Made by a program: the position numbers and the translations under genes
The notes under the pieces: model-generated
What the model saw: only the letters and a program-made list of their open reading frames with translations
Database searches by the model: none
Told to the model about the DNA's origin: nothing
Source of the DNA: Octopus sinensis
Lineage: Eukaryota
NCBI RefSeq assembly: GCF_006345805.1
Contig: NC_043005.1
Coordinates: forward strand, 42,656,001-42,720,000
DNA: 64,000 nt
Direction: 5' to 3'
In this document: positions 1 through 11,850 of the stretch, in pieces
Layout: each line of letters begins with the position of its first letter
Numbering within the stretch: position 1 is the first letter of the stretch

Positions 1-2473
1 GCCTACCTGCATGCCTTGCCACGACTCTCAGCAAGGGAGGTGGAGTCTTGTGAAAAGCCTATCACAGCTGCGGACGTACAGGATGCGATGGTAGGCTGCG
101 CGAGAGACAAGTCACCAGGCTTGGATGGTCTGCCCTACGAATTTTATTTTCATATGCCAGACTTGTTTGGAGGCGTCTTGGCAGCTGTCTACTGCAACTG
201 GCAGCAGAACGGGAGTATTCCTGCTTTTGTAAAGCGAGGAGCAGTGGCACTGATCAAGAAAGACCCAAACAAGGGGGACGTCATAGATAATTTCAGGCCC
301 ATCACTCTGCTAAACGCAGATTTGAAAATTTTGGCCAAGGTGTTAGCCGAGAGGTTGGCGCTTGTCATCAAGAAACTAATCGACAAGGCGCAAACATGCG
401 CCGTGCCGGGTAGAAGTATTCATGACAACCTCCATCTGATGCGCTACATCATAGACAGGGTAGTTAAAAATCCTGGCATGGGTGGGCGCTGATCAATTTG
501 GATCAATCCAAAAGCCTTCGATAGGGTAGACCATCACTACTTGGAGGCTGTCCTCAAAGCGGCTGGTTCGGTCCAGTTTTCCGCGGTTGGATCGCTGCCT
601 TATACAGCGGCATCCGCTCAGTAGTTCGCGTAAATGGTCATCTATCCAGACCTTTTAACATCATGCGTTCGGTTCGTCAGGGATGCCCCCTCTCATCGCT
701 GCTGTATGTACTGACTCTTGAGCCACTACTGCGGAAACTGGCGACGCTGAGGGGCATCCCACGAGAGCTGGGATGCGGGAGGAGCGTGTCTGCATACGGG
801 ATGACGTCACCGTCATAGTGTCGAGCTACGAGCACATCGAGCTGGTCGGCGAGACACTGAAAGAATACGAAGCGGTAACGGGAGCAAAAATTAACCGGGA
901 AAAGTCAGTGGCTTGCGGCTCGGCACCTGGAGAAGAAGCAAGCCCATGCCGTCCAACAGCGTCTCCATCGTGGGACGCTGGACGGACGGACCGGTTAAAT
1001 TGCTCGGGGTCTGGTTCGGTCCGGACCTCCAAATGGAGAGGAACTGGGGTGAAATAACGACTAGGGTGGCCACTCTCACCCAGTATTGGGCCGTGAGGAA
1101 GCTATCCCTAAAAGGTCGGTTGGAGGTGGCGAACGCTTACATCACATCTGTCATCGATTACTGTCTGACAGTCATGCTTTGTCCCGACTCTACCATCACC
1201 GAACTGGAACGCATACTCTTCTACTTCTTGTGGAAAGGATGCGTTCCGATGGCTAGACAATTCATTTGCTGCAACACCCGCTAAATGGAGAGCTAGGCAT
1301 GCCGTGGTTGATGATGCGCATACACGCGCTGAGACTGCGACATCTCCGGCGCTTCATAGACGAGGTGAACAGGTGTGGTACCCGTTTGTGCGACGCGCTT
1401 TCCTTCAGCTCGTCTCCTTGGCCGAACTGCAGTCGTGGATCAAACAGAGACCGAGGCTAGACGAATGGCACCGCTAGTGTCGCGTTGCCCTGAAGCAACT
1501 CTGCCGTCCGGGATCGAACTTGTGCGACTCCATCACAACAAAGGCATTCTATAGAGGATTAGTGGAGGGGAGGTGCGACGACGAACTCGGGCAGAGTCTG
1601 GGCGTCGACGAGGAACACCTGACCCGCCTGTTCAGGACAACTTTCGGGCCGGGACCTATGAACAATCACCAAAGATCCCTGGCCTGGCAGTGCTATCGAG
1701 AAGCATTACCTGTTCGGGATAAGCTCTACAGACACGGTTCCAGACACACGGACCGACTTGCCCGAGATGCGGTCAGAGCGACGAAACCGTTCTGCACGCA
1801 CTCGTGCAATGTCCAACCTTTCCGACCTGTGGGCTTATGCCGAACGGCTGCTGTCACGTGTGGGACGAATCCGCCTATCGGCCGAGTCTATCGTGAGTAT
1901 TGCTCTGCCCCCTTCCCTCAACCGGGAAGGCAAGGCAGTTTTCATCGTACTGGTGGCCATGGTGAAAGAATGTGTGTGGTGGACTCGAGCGAAAGGATTA
2001 GAGACAAACACTTACCTCTCTGGCCAATCGCTCATCAACTTCTTCAAGTACCACTTGAAAAGGAAGGTGAGAATGGAGAGGGAAGTTTTGTCTCGCGAAA
2101 GATTCAAAAAAAGATGGGTGAATGTTGCAAAGATGGTGCGTGCTAGTAACGAAACCATTTTGAGCATGATCCTGTAGATCGTAAAAAAGAAAGAAAGAGA
2201 GCATTTTGACCTCATGTGTTTATTTCCTCCCTGACTGGGGTTCCCGTGGTCTTTTCTGTAGGCTTTTCTTCCACGGATGAACCAATCTTGTTATATCAAT
2301 GTTTACACCATTATTTCTGTGATACACGATTTTCTTTTTTTCCTTTTTTCCTCCTCTCGATCCCTTTTGATCGCAATCTTACATTTTTTATTTTTTTCCA
2401 CCCTCGAAAAGAAAAGCTCTGCATTTGTATTTGTCCCCTCTGTATTCAGCCCTGTGTGGCTAATAAAAGAAAG
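1..2473 (+). mobile_element. L1/Tx1-clade non-LTR retrotransposon, copy A (3' part, runs off the window start)
   Basis: Frameshifted ORF2 pieces: RT motifs KSPGLDGLPYEFY, NFRPITLLNADLKILAKVLA, DQSKAFDRVDH, SVRQGCPLS; C-terminal PTCPRCGQSDETVLHALVQC zinc motif; stop at 2177; T-rich 3' UTR ending CAGCCCTGTGTGGCTAATAAAAGAAAG, then (ATCT)n. Confidence 0.93.
16..2177 (+). pseudogene. Tx1 ORF2 (reverse transcriptase + C-terminal zinc finger), disrupted
   Basis: ORF-track pieces 16-492, 913-1284, 1266-1460, 1520-2146 and 1758-2177 are collinear with copy B ORF2. Includes a substitution stop (CACCGCTAG here versus CACCGCGAG in copy B). Confidence 0.9.
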
Positions 2474-2474
2474 T

Positions 2475-2482
2475 TATCTAAT

Positions 2483-2557
<75 letters not shown>

Positions 2558-2580
2558 CCTATCTATCTATCTATCTATCT
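2475..2580 (+). repeat. (ATCT)n microsatellite between Tx1 copies A and B
   Basis: Direct reading of the sequence. Confidence 0.98.
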
Positions 2581-3076
2581 AAGTCAAGAGGACATAAATA
2601 AAATCCCCACCCACGTACATCTTGAGGATGGCCGCAAGTTATACGTAGTAGTCGAGGGCAGAAGGCCACGATGCTATACATGTGGCAGTGAGGCACATCT
2701 CAAAAAGGAGTGCAAATCTGCCGCAAAATTACAACAACAACAACAGCCACAGGAAAAATCACAAAAGCCAGGATTATTGCCCACACCACAATATGGACAG
2801 CTAGTCAAGAAGCTGTATGCGGAGAAATGCAGGAAAAACAACAAAGAACAAGCCAACCCAACCAAACAACACCAACACCAGCGCAAGAACAGAATCATCA
2901 CCACAACAAAACAAATAAACAATTCCAACACCAAGAATAACAACGAAGAAGACAAGCACCAAGGATGTAGGAGAGACAATAACCACAACAAACCCCCAGC
3001 AACACCCTCCCCGCGCACCACAACAAATCTACAACCGCACAACACACCCAGACGCTTTACCCTTGCCCCCTGCTGA
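2581..3076 (+). pseudogene. Tx1 ORF1 C-terminal fragment with CCHC zinc knuckle
   Basis: QEDINKIPTHVHLEDGRKLYVVVEGRRPRCYTCGSEAHLKKEC aligns by eye with ORF1 of copy C (QEDIEMLPNRILVGDNVILKIQVGCKRPTCYECGKKGHIRADC). Confidence 0.88.
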
Positions 3077-3583
3077 TTCGTCAGACTTTTCATCTAACGA
3101 TTGAAAGTTCGACAGAATGGCAAATAGCCACAGGGGGTAAAAGAAAAAGATCAAGAAAAACCAAACAAGAAATCGCAACCAAAGCAGGGAGATACCTGAA
3201 CCCTGAAAACTCCATACACAACAAAACAAGCACCAACACCACAAAAACAATGCTATCAGCGATAGACACAAAAGACTCCAAACTAATGGAGTACATCACA
3301 GGATACACAAACATTTGTGAAGATGACTTTAAAAATAGCAATCATCCACGCACTACACACCCAAACACATCAAAATACTACACATCACACAAAACACACA
3401 CCACAAACTCAAAGCCCTCTTCCCAAATGCAGTAGGGGGTTTCCAGAAATATCTGTCCCAAAAACTATATAGAAACCTCCTCGAAGACACATCAAAGAAC
3501 GAGGAAGCCAAAACTTTCGACACAAGTAAGTAACTCTCTGTACTTTCAGTTGTGTGTTTTAAAGCACACACCCCAATAGAATC

Positions 3584-6500
3584 ATGGTCAAGATTGGTTG
3601 TGTGAATGCGCGTGGCTTGGGGTCTCCTTGGAAACAAGGATACCTCCTAAATGACATCAAGTCACATGATTTGGGAATCATAGCCATAAGTGAGACCAGA
3701 CTCCACGAGCCACGGGCCCTAAAGTCCATGTTTGGCGGACAGTTTAACATTTATTTCGCTCCCTGTCTGCCGAGGATGGGCGGTAGTGGCACCGCGGTAC
3801 TTTTTCACAAGAGCCTGGATCTCGAAGTCAAAACGATATTCGTAGACCCGGAGGGTAGACTGATCGTTCTGGATGTTGACGGCAGCAATGGGTGCGCTTT
3901 TCGACTCGTATCAGTCTACGCACCGCCCTTAACAGGTCGGGCGGATTTCTTTCGACGTCTAGCAGTATTCTTGGGAACGTCTCGTCCTTTACTCTTAGTG
4001 GGGGATTGGAATGCTACCTTGGACACGCATGTAGACTACGTGGGTAGAGACAGAAACAGAAGGGGATGCAAATGCCTCAGAGACCTGCTCAGACGATTCC
4101 AACTGTCTGACAGGTACCGACTAAACCACCCCAATGCACCAACGTGGACATGGAGCAACCGCAGTGGGTCGTCGAGATCGTATCTAGATAGGATCTGTGT
4201 AGGACAGTAGACAAGGATAACTTAGGATGTCCACAATTCCACACAGTCAGCTACACGGATCACAAATTGGTGACGTGTACGCTAGACTTAGATAAGGCAC
4301 ATAGACAGGGTCCTGGGTACTGGAAACTGAACGCATCATTCCCGTCCAGACAAGTTTTCAGAGACCGGATTAGCACACTAGTAAAGAGGGCTTTGACGGG
4401 AGCCATCATCAACAACAAATGGTGGTTTGCCCTCAAAGAGCAGTAAAAGCAGAAGCGATTAGGTACAGCAAAGCGCTAGCCATAGATAGAAATAGAGTAG
4501 AGGGTGAGCTAGTTAAGAAGCTAGAAGAGGCAATTAGAAGCGGCATCGCATCCGACGTTTTGGCGGCGAGGTTGGCCCTCGACCAACACTTCAACGCCAA
4601 ACACGAAGGATGTGCTGTCAGAGCTAGGATGCGTGCTCTAAGGAACGAAGGTGTTGGAGCCGCGAGAGAGGCCCGGGTGGCAGAGGCGCAACAGGGCAAC
4701 AAAGCCACCATTCGGTCACTGGTAGATGAACAGGGGCGCGAATTGCTCGAGCCAAGTAAAATGTGTGAGGCCTTTCAGCAGCATTTTGCCCGACTGTGGA
4801 GGGCAAGAACGTAGGGTAGACTTCAGTGCCTACCTACATAGCCTGCCACGACTCTCGACAAGAAAGGCAGGGTGCTGCGAAGGTGCCATCACGGCGGCGG
4901 AAGTGCGGGAAGCGATGGCAGAATGCTCGAGGGACAAATCACCGGGTTGGATGGTCTACCCTACGAATTTTACTATTGTATGCCAGACTTGTTTGGAGAC
5001 GTCTTGGCAGCGGTATACTGCAACTGGCAGCAAAACGGGAGCATACCCGGTTTTGTGAGTCGAGGAGCTGTAACTCTGCTGAAGAAAGATCCAAACAAGG
5101 GAAACATATAGATAACTTTAGGCCAATCACTCTGCTCAATGCAGACCTGAAAATTTTGACAAAGGTGTTAGCCAAGAGGTTGGCGCTTGTCATGGAGAAA
5201 CTGGTCGACAACGCACAAACGTGCGCCGTGCCGGGCCGGACATCCATGACAACCTCCATCTGATGCGCTACATCATAGACAGGGTAGTTAACGAACCTGG
5301 CATGGGTGGGGCCCTGATCAACTTGGATCAATCGAAAGCCTTTGATAGGGTAGACCATCGATACTTGGAGGCAGTCCTGAGAGCGGCTGGTTTCGGTCCC
5401 GTCTTCCGCGGCTGGATAGCTGCCTTGTACAGAGGCATCCGTTCGGTAATTCGCGTAAATGGACATCTATCGAGACCCTTCGACATTGCACGTTCGGTCC
5501 GTCAGGGATGCCCCCTCTCGGCGCTTCTATACGTATTGACTCTTGAGCCACTACTGCGGAAGCTGGCGACTCTGAGGGGCATCCCGCGAGAATTAGGATG
5601 CGGGACGAGCGTGTCTGCATACGCGACGACGTCACCGTCATAGTGTCAAGCCACGAGCACATCGAGCGGGTCGGCGAGACACTGAAAGACTACGAAGCGG
5701 TGACAGGAGCAAAAATCAACCGGGAAAAGTCAGTGGGCTTGCGGCTCGGCACCTGGAGAAGCAAGCCCATGCCGTCCACCAGTACCTCCGTCGTGGGACG
5801 CTGGACAGACGGCCCGGTTGAGTTGCTCGGGGTCTGGTTCGGTCCGGACCTCCAAATGGAGAAGAACTGGAACGAGATAACGAGTAGGGTGGTCACTCTC
5901 GCCCAGCAATGGGCCGAGAGGAAACTGTCCCTAAAAGGTCGGGCGGAGGTGGTGAACGCGTACATCGCGTCCATCATCTACTACCGCCTGACCGTCGTAC
6001 CTTGTCCCGACCCTACCATCACCAAACTAGAACGCATCCTCTTCCGCTTCTTGTGGAAAGGATGCGTCCCGATGGTCAGGCGATCCATTTGCTGTCAACA
6101 CCCGTTAAAAGGAGGGCTGGGCATGCCGTGGTTGATGATGCGCAGACACGCGCTGAGACTGCGACATCTCCGGCTCTATGTAGACGACGGTGAACAGGTG
6201 TGGTCGCCGTTTGTGAGGCACGCATTCCCGCAACTCGTCTCCATGACCGAACTACAGTCGTGGATCAAAAAGAGGCCGAAGAAGGGCGAATGGCACCGCG
6301 AGTGTCGCGTTGCTCTCAAGCAACTCTGCCGTCCCGGGTCGACCTTGAGTGACTTCAACACAACCAAAGCATTCTATAGGGGATTAGTGGAGGGGAGGTA
6401 CGACGACGAGCTCGGGGCAAACCTGGGCGTCGACGAGGAATACCTGACCCGCCTTTTCAAACGACTTTCGGCCCGGGACCTATGGACAACTTCCAGAGAT

Positions 6501-7001
6501 CCCTGGCCTGGCGGTGCTACCGAGAAGCGCTACCCGTTCGGATAAGCTCTATAGGCATGGCTCGAGAAACACGGGGCCGACCTGCCCGAGATGCGGGCAG
6601 AGCGACGAAACCGCTCTGCACGCAATCGTGCAGTGTCCAGCAATTTCCCACCTGTGGGCTTATGTCGAACGACTGCTGTCACGTGTGGGACGTGTCGGTT
6701 TATCAGCCGAGTCTATCGTTATATCGTCACGCCTCCTTCCTTCAAACGGGAAGGAAGAGCTATTTTTATCATACTTGTGGCTATGGCGAAAGAATGTATC
6801 TGGTGGACGCGTCTGAAAGGATTAGAGACAAACACTTTCCTCTCTGGTCAATCTCTCATCAACTTCTTCAAGTATCACTTGAAGAAAAAAGTGAGAGTAG
6901 AGAGGCAAGTTTTGTCTAGTGAATGTTTTAAAAAAAGATGGGTGAATGTAGCAAGGATGGCACGTATGAATGACGAAGCCACCTTGACTATGATTCTATG
7001 A
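3584..7001 (+). pseudogene. Tx1 ORF2: AP endonuclease + reverse transcriptase + C-terminal zinc finger (frameshifted in this assembly)
   Basis: MVKIGCVNARGL, IAISET, LLVGDWNA, SYLDRI (APE); QSKAFDRVDH, VRQGCPLSALLY, AY(A)DD (RT); CPRCGQSDETALHAIVQC. Confidence 0.93.
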
Positions 7002-7400
7002 ACCGTAAAAATTAATACAGAGAGTTGCTTATTTGCAAAAAAAAAAAAAAAAAGAAATATAAAATGTGACTTCATTGACCGAGGTTACCGTGGTCTTTTC
7101 CGTAGGCTTTTCTTTCCACGGTAAACCTCACCTGTCCTCCCCTTTACACTTCATATTGACATTTCTGTGATAACGATCCCTATTGATCAATTTTTTCCTC
7201 TCCCCCTTTTTTTTTTTAACCCCCCCCTTTTTTTTGTCCTCTTTCTCTCCTTTTACGATCCCTTTTGATCGACCCCCCCTTTTTTATTTTATTTTATTTT
7301 TTTTTTTTAATATTTTTTTTTTTTTTAACCTTCAAAAGAAAAGCTCTACCTTGTAATTTGTTCTATCTGTGTGCAGCCCTGTGTGGCTAATAAAGAAACA

Positions 7401-7432
7401 TATCTATCTATCTATCTATCTATCTACCTATA

Positions 7433-7486
<54 letters not shown>

Positions 7487-7519
7487 CCTATCTATCTATC
7501 TATCTATCTATCCATCATC

Positions 7520-7552
<33 letters not shown>

Positions 7553-7566
7553 ATTATCTATCTATC

Positions 7567-7614
<48 letters not shown>

Positions 7615-7635
7615 ATTTATCTATCTATCCATCTA

Positions 7636-7683
<48 letters not shown>

Positions 7684-7688
7684 TATCC

Positions 7689-7741
<53 letters not shown>

Positions 7742-7764
7742 CTATCTAATTTATCTATCTATCC

Positions 7765-7824
<60 letters not shown>
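7401..7824 (+). repeat. (ATCT)n microsatellite 3' of Tx1 copy B
   Basis: Direct reading of the sequence. Confidence 0.98.
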
Positions 7825-8071
7825 CAATATATGAATGTGTGCGTGTATGTGTATATGTGTGTGTGTGTGTGTGTGTCAACGTGTATGTATATGTAGGTAC
7901 ACATACCCACATATAGTAACGTAGTGAGAGTTTGACACATCTGGCTGTACTTTATGCAGTGATTTAACATTGTGTGTGATGCAGAACAGCTACATATATT
8001 TTTTACACATCCATACACAAATATATGCATATATATATTGTATTTGTGTGTGTGTGAGTGTGTGTTTGCAT

Positions 8072-8116
<45 letters not shown>

Positions 8117-9302
8117 AACACAATATTTGTGTTTGCATGTATGTGTAGGTGTGTTTCTGTGATGTAATACTAATGAGTAGCATGTACCTTCCTGGAAACT
8201 GTTAATTGTACTAGACAAGAGGAAAACCTTGTTCTGACGTAAGAGCTGAATTTGCTTTGCATGACGTCAAACGTGTAGTTGATTTGCTACTGTACATTTT
8301 AGTATGTTTAGCACCTAATAATCGTATTGATTGAATACAAGTGGAATTATTGATTGCCTGGAGCGAATTAAGTGCTCGAATATCGAATAGGAGGGATTAC
8401 ATATTTCATTTGATTGTATTGATTAGTTAAGACGGTAAAATTGTCACATATCCACCATTCATTTTTCTTGAGAATTGAATATTCTAATAGATTAATATCT
8501 AAAGGATATTTAAAATTTGTATTAGTATAAATGTCCTAGGTGTTTTTTTCTTTCTGTCTGTTTTTGTTTCTAATCATTACTCACGGTTATTAGATTTCTG
8601 TTTTTATATTTCATTAAATGTACTTCGCTGTCAATAGAATAAGCTCTCCTCTAAGAGACAAATATTAATAGACAAACATGTAGATATTCGTTGTAACTAC
8701 TCTCACCATAATTCGTTACATAATCGGAAGAAAGATTTGATCCAAGATGGAGCTTCAAGCCGGCAGCATTTGTACACGTATTTAATCATAAGAACAGCAG
8801 TACTCATATGGGAAATACTTAGACAAATATAAAAAAGAAAGTAAAAGCGAAGTGTTTTCTTTTTTATCGCTACATGCCTCGCTAGTCATTATTTGAAGTG
8901 CGTTGCACTACTAACTGTAATAAATATCGAGATTGCGTTATGTAACTGTGTAAGTATGTGAATATATTTCTCTTGCATTTTTAGGTTTCCGAAGAACAGT
9001 TTCCTCTATCGCATAATATGCAGCTTGCAAAAATAATTCTTTTATTTATCCTTTTTTTTTGTTTTTGTTTTTTTGCTTTGTAGTTGTTTCAGTCACCAGA
9101 CTGTGGCCATGTTGGGGACCCACCTTGAAGAATTTTCACTCGTGTCAATCGACCCTTGCACTTATCTTTTTTAAGCATGGTGCTTGTTCTGTTAGTCACT
9201 TTGTCGAATCGCTACGTTACAGAGAGGTAAACACACGTACACAGATTATCAAGTAGCAGTGGGGGAAATACAGCCATAAAGACACACACACGTATATATA
9301 TA

Positions 9303-9495
9303 ATCATTGGCGATTTTTTTCCCTCCGTCTTCCCTTCCTTGGATCTTTCCTTTTTCTATGTTTCTGACGAAGAGCTCCGCTCGAAACATTAAATCCTCCT
9401 TCTTTCTTTCCATTCCTGGGTGTCTAATAACACTATATTTGTTCCACGTCCTCGCGTTGTTGTGTTTTCTCTTGGCGTTTTCATGTTGGATTAAC

Positions 9496-9497
<2 letters not shown>
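9303..9497 (+). mobile_element. About 195-bp Penelope-like terminal-repeat (pLTR-type) module carrying a minimal HHR motif
   Basis: Homologous to 61155-61368 (-). Both copies sit in (TA)n and contain CTGACGAAGAGCTCCGCTCGAAAC. The PLE assignment follows from the known association of minimal type-I HHRs with PLE pLTRs. Confidence 0.7.
9360..9394 (+). ncRNA. Minimal type-I hammerhead ribozyme motif (degenerate copy)
   Basis: GUUU-CUGACGA-A-GAGC(UCC)GCUC-GAAA-C-a-U-U-AAAU. G16.2 is mutated to A here but intact in the 61255-61289 copy. Confidence 0.7.
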
Positions 9498-9569
<72 letters not shown>

Positions 9570-9585
9570 ATATATATTATATATA

Positions 9586-9636
<51 letters not shown>

Positions 9637-10470
9637 CAACAGAATGAGATAAATAATCCAAGGCTATAAAAGATTTCAGAACATATATATATATTACATA
9701 CGATGGGCTGCTTTCAGTTTCTGTTTACAAAATCCACTCACAAGGCTTTGGGCGACCAGAGGCTGTAGTAGAGATTTGCCTAAGGTAACACACAGTGGGA
9801 TAGATCCGGGAAGCCTGTGGTTGCGAAGCAAACTTCTTACCACACAGCCAAGCCTGCACCTAATCCCCTGTTTATTTCAGTCAATAGACTGTAGCCATGC
9901 TGGAGCATAACCATGAAAACTTTTTAGTTAACCAAAATGCGCCACAGATACACACACATATATATATATAGGTATTTATATTGTATATGGCAATGTATTT
10001 TCAGCTTAAACATATACAGTTGTACCCACGCCCTAAACTTCCATCGTTAATGATGATCCGCTGCACAACTGGATTTATTGTAAATAAACAAACAGATGTC
10101 GCTATAATTACGTCCATAGCTTAATATATTGTATAAGTAATTATGTACCAGAAAATACATCCACAAAATCCAAGAGTTGAATTCTCTAATATCGTCTCTG
10201 GTAAAATGACTTTCACATCACATTCAACGAAATTCATTTATTAACTGCAAATCATTTTTGAAATTATTACATGATCGATAATGCTTTCACGTGAGTCGAG
10301 GATAATGCTGATGAACAAAACAATTAAAACTTTTGAAATATCAACGAGCTCGTAATTTTTTTCTTTTCTTCCAAGTATCTAAAATCCCACTTTAATTGTA
10401 CGTTCGTATATATACTTGTTTAATTAAAGGAAAAAGAGTGTGTAAGTATAAGTATACATATAAATGTATA

Positions 10471-11010
10471 TCTATTATATAAAATCTGTTCTGTCTGTCT
10501 GTGTGTGTGTCTTCTAGCATCTTGGGCATCCTCCATCCGATTGCACTCAAATTTGATTTGTAGATACTGACGGTATCAGAGCGTGTATAAGACTTGAAAA
10601 AATTACAAAAATCGATTCCCGGTGAGAATGCGATCGATAAAGCTGTTTTTGTCCTGCTTTTCTTCTGTCAACCTGTACAAAACAGCACCTTCCATTTTTT
10701 GTTGTTTTTGTACTGCTTAAAGGCACGTTTCTTTCCTGCCAAGCTTACTGTTTAAACCATGTTTGTGTTCTCCCAGTCAACAGCTTTATCATTACTGGTA
10801 CTTTAAACTCTTCGGTTGCATATTTGTGTGAACAAAATCGTTTTTCTTTGGAATAGAAAAAAATCTATCTTTATTTCTTCTTTTGCTGGTGTCTCAAATT
10901 TAGGTTAAATCAATGTTTCTCAAGGGACGGTCGGACAAGTTGTTTTGAGAAAATTTGGTTTAAATGTTTGACAACTCAGCGCCGTCCATTGGACGGGGGG
11001 CGTTTTGCTC

Positions 11011-11011
<1 letters not shown>
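10471..11011 (+). mobile_element. Non-autonomous Helitron-type element
   Basis: Starts A|TCTATTATATAAAA followed by (CTGT)n/(GT)n; subterminal hairpin CCGTCC-ATT-GGACGG at 10982-10996; ends CTCG|T; no TSD. Confidence 0.65.
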
Positions 11012-11086
<75 letters not shown>

Positions 11087-11134
11087 TGTGTGTGTGTGTG
11101 AGCGTACGCCCGCATAGGCGTCTGTATGTGGTGA

Positions 11135-11410
11135 GTACGCGTGACCAAGTGGTTAGGGTTTTGCACTCGCGATCACAAGATCGGGCCGGTGCGTTGTGTC
11201 CTTAAAGAAGAGCTTTCATTTCACGTTGCTCTCCGATCAAATTTGACAGCTCAGTTGTGGCATGTCATGTACAGACATGCATGTCTGTACAGTCAATGTT
11301 GATTTGATGGAGGGAGTGAGTTAATGTACAGCGCAATCATTTGATCATAATAAATACACTATCGGTACTGGTTGTTCAGCGAGAAATTCCAGATCCTTCA
11401 CCTGACTCTT
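11135..11410 (+). mobile_element. tRNA-derived SINE, family 2 head (H2) with a third tail type (T3)
   Basis: A-box-like GACCAAGTGGTTAGG and TTGTGTCCTT...ATTTCACGTTGCTC shared with 22162 and 43811. The 3' part is unrelated to their tails. Confidence 0.6.
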
Positions 11411-11466
11411 ATGACATGTGAGTCCACCATGTGTGTGTGTGTTGTGTGTGTGTGTCGTTTTTTTTA

Positions 11467-11850
11467 TTGTTTCAGTCATTTGACTGTGGCCATGCTGGAG
11501 CACCGCCTTTAGTCGACCAAATCGACCCCAGGACTTATTCTTTGTAAGCCTAGTACTTATTCTATCGGTTTCTTTTGCCGAACCGTTAAGTTACGGGTAT
11601 GTAAACACACCAGCATCGGTTGTCAAACGATGTTGGGGTGACAAACACAGACACACAAACATATGCACACACATAAATGTATGTATACATATATACAACG
11701 GGCTGCTTTCAGTTTCCGCCTACCAAATCCACTCCCAAGGCTTTGGTCGGCCCGAGGCTATAGTAGAAGACACTTGCCCAAGGTGCCCCGCAGTGGGACT
11801 GAACCCGGAACCATGTGGCTGGTAAGCAAGCTACTTACCACACAGTCACT
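11467..11850 (-). mobile_element. tRNA-derived SINE, family 1, full length
   Basis: Reverse complement of the 20394-20800 copy along its whole length. Confidence 0.9.

Larger units (their letters stand above)
2581..7400 (+). mobile_element. L1/Tx1-clade non-LTR retrotransposon, copy B (5'-truncated within ORF1, full-length ORF2 span)
   Basis: ORF1 remnant with CCHC knuckle, ORF2 from 3584 to 7001, 3' UTR with the same terminus as copy A (CAGCCCTGTGTGGCTAATAAAGAAA), then about 420 bp of (ATCT)n. Confidence 0.95.
9073..9855 (-). mobile_element. tRNA-derived SINE, family 1 (head TGGCTGTGTGGTAAG...GGTTCCGGGTTCAGTCCC), split at its internal TA-rich tract by a PLE-type module
   Basis: Head half at about 9697-9855 and tail half at about 9073-9290 match the intact copies at 20394-20800 and 43347-43735. 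Confidence 0.75.

Noticed and set aside
2216-3076. 286-aa ORF as a single gene
   Set aside because: Chimera of copy A 3' UTR, the (ATCT)n tract (IYLS repeats) and the copy B ORF1 fragment.
8707-8817. 111-nt symmetric candidate exon on the minus strand (ISHMSTAVLMIKYVYKCCRLE...)
   Set aside because: Weak AAG acceptor, no recognised homology, no linked exons.
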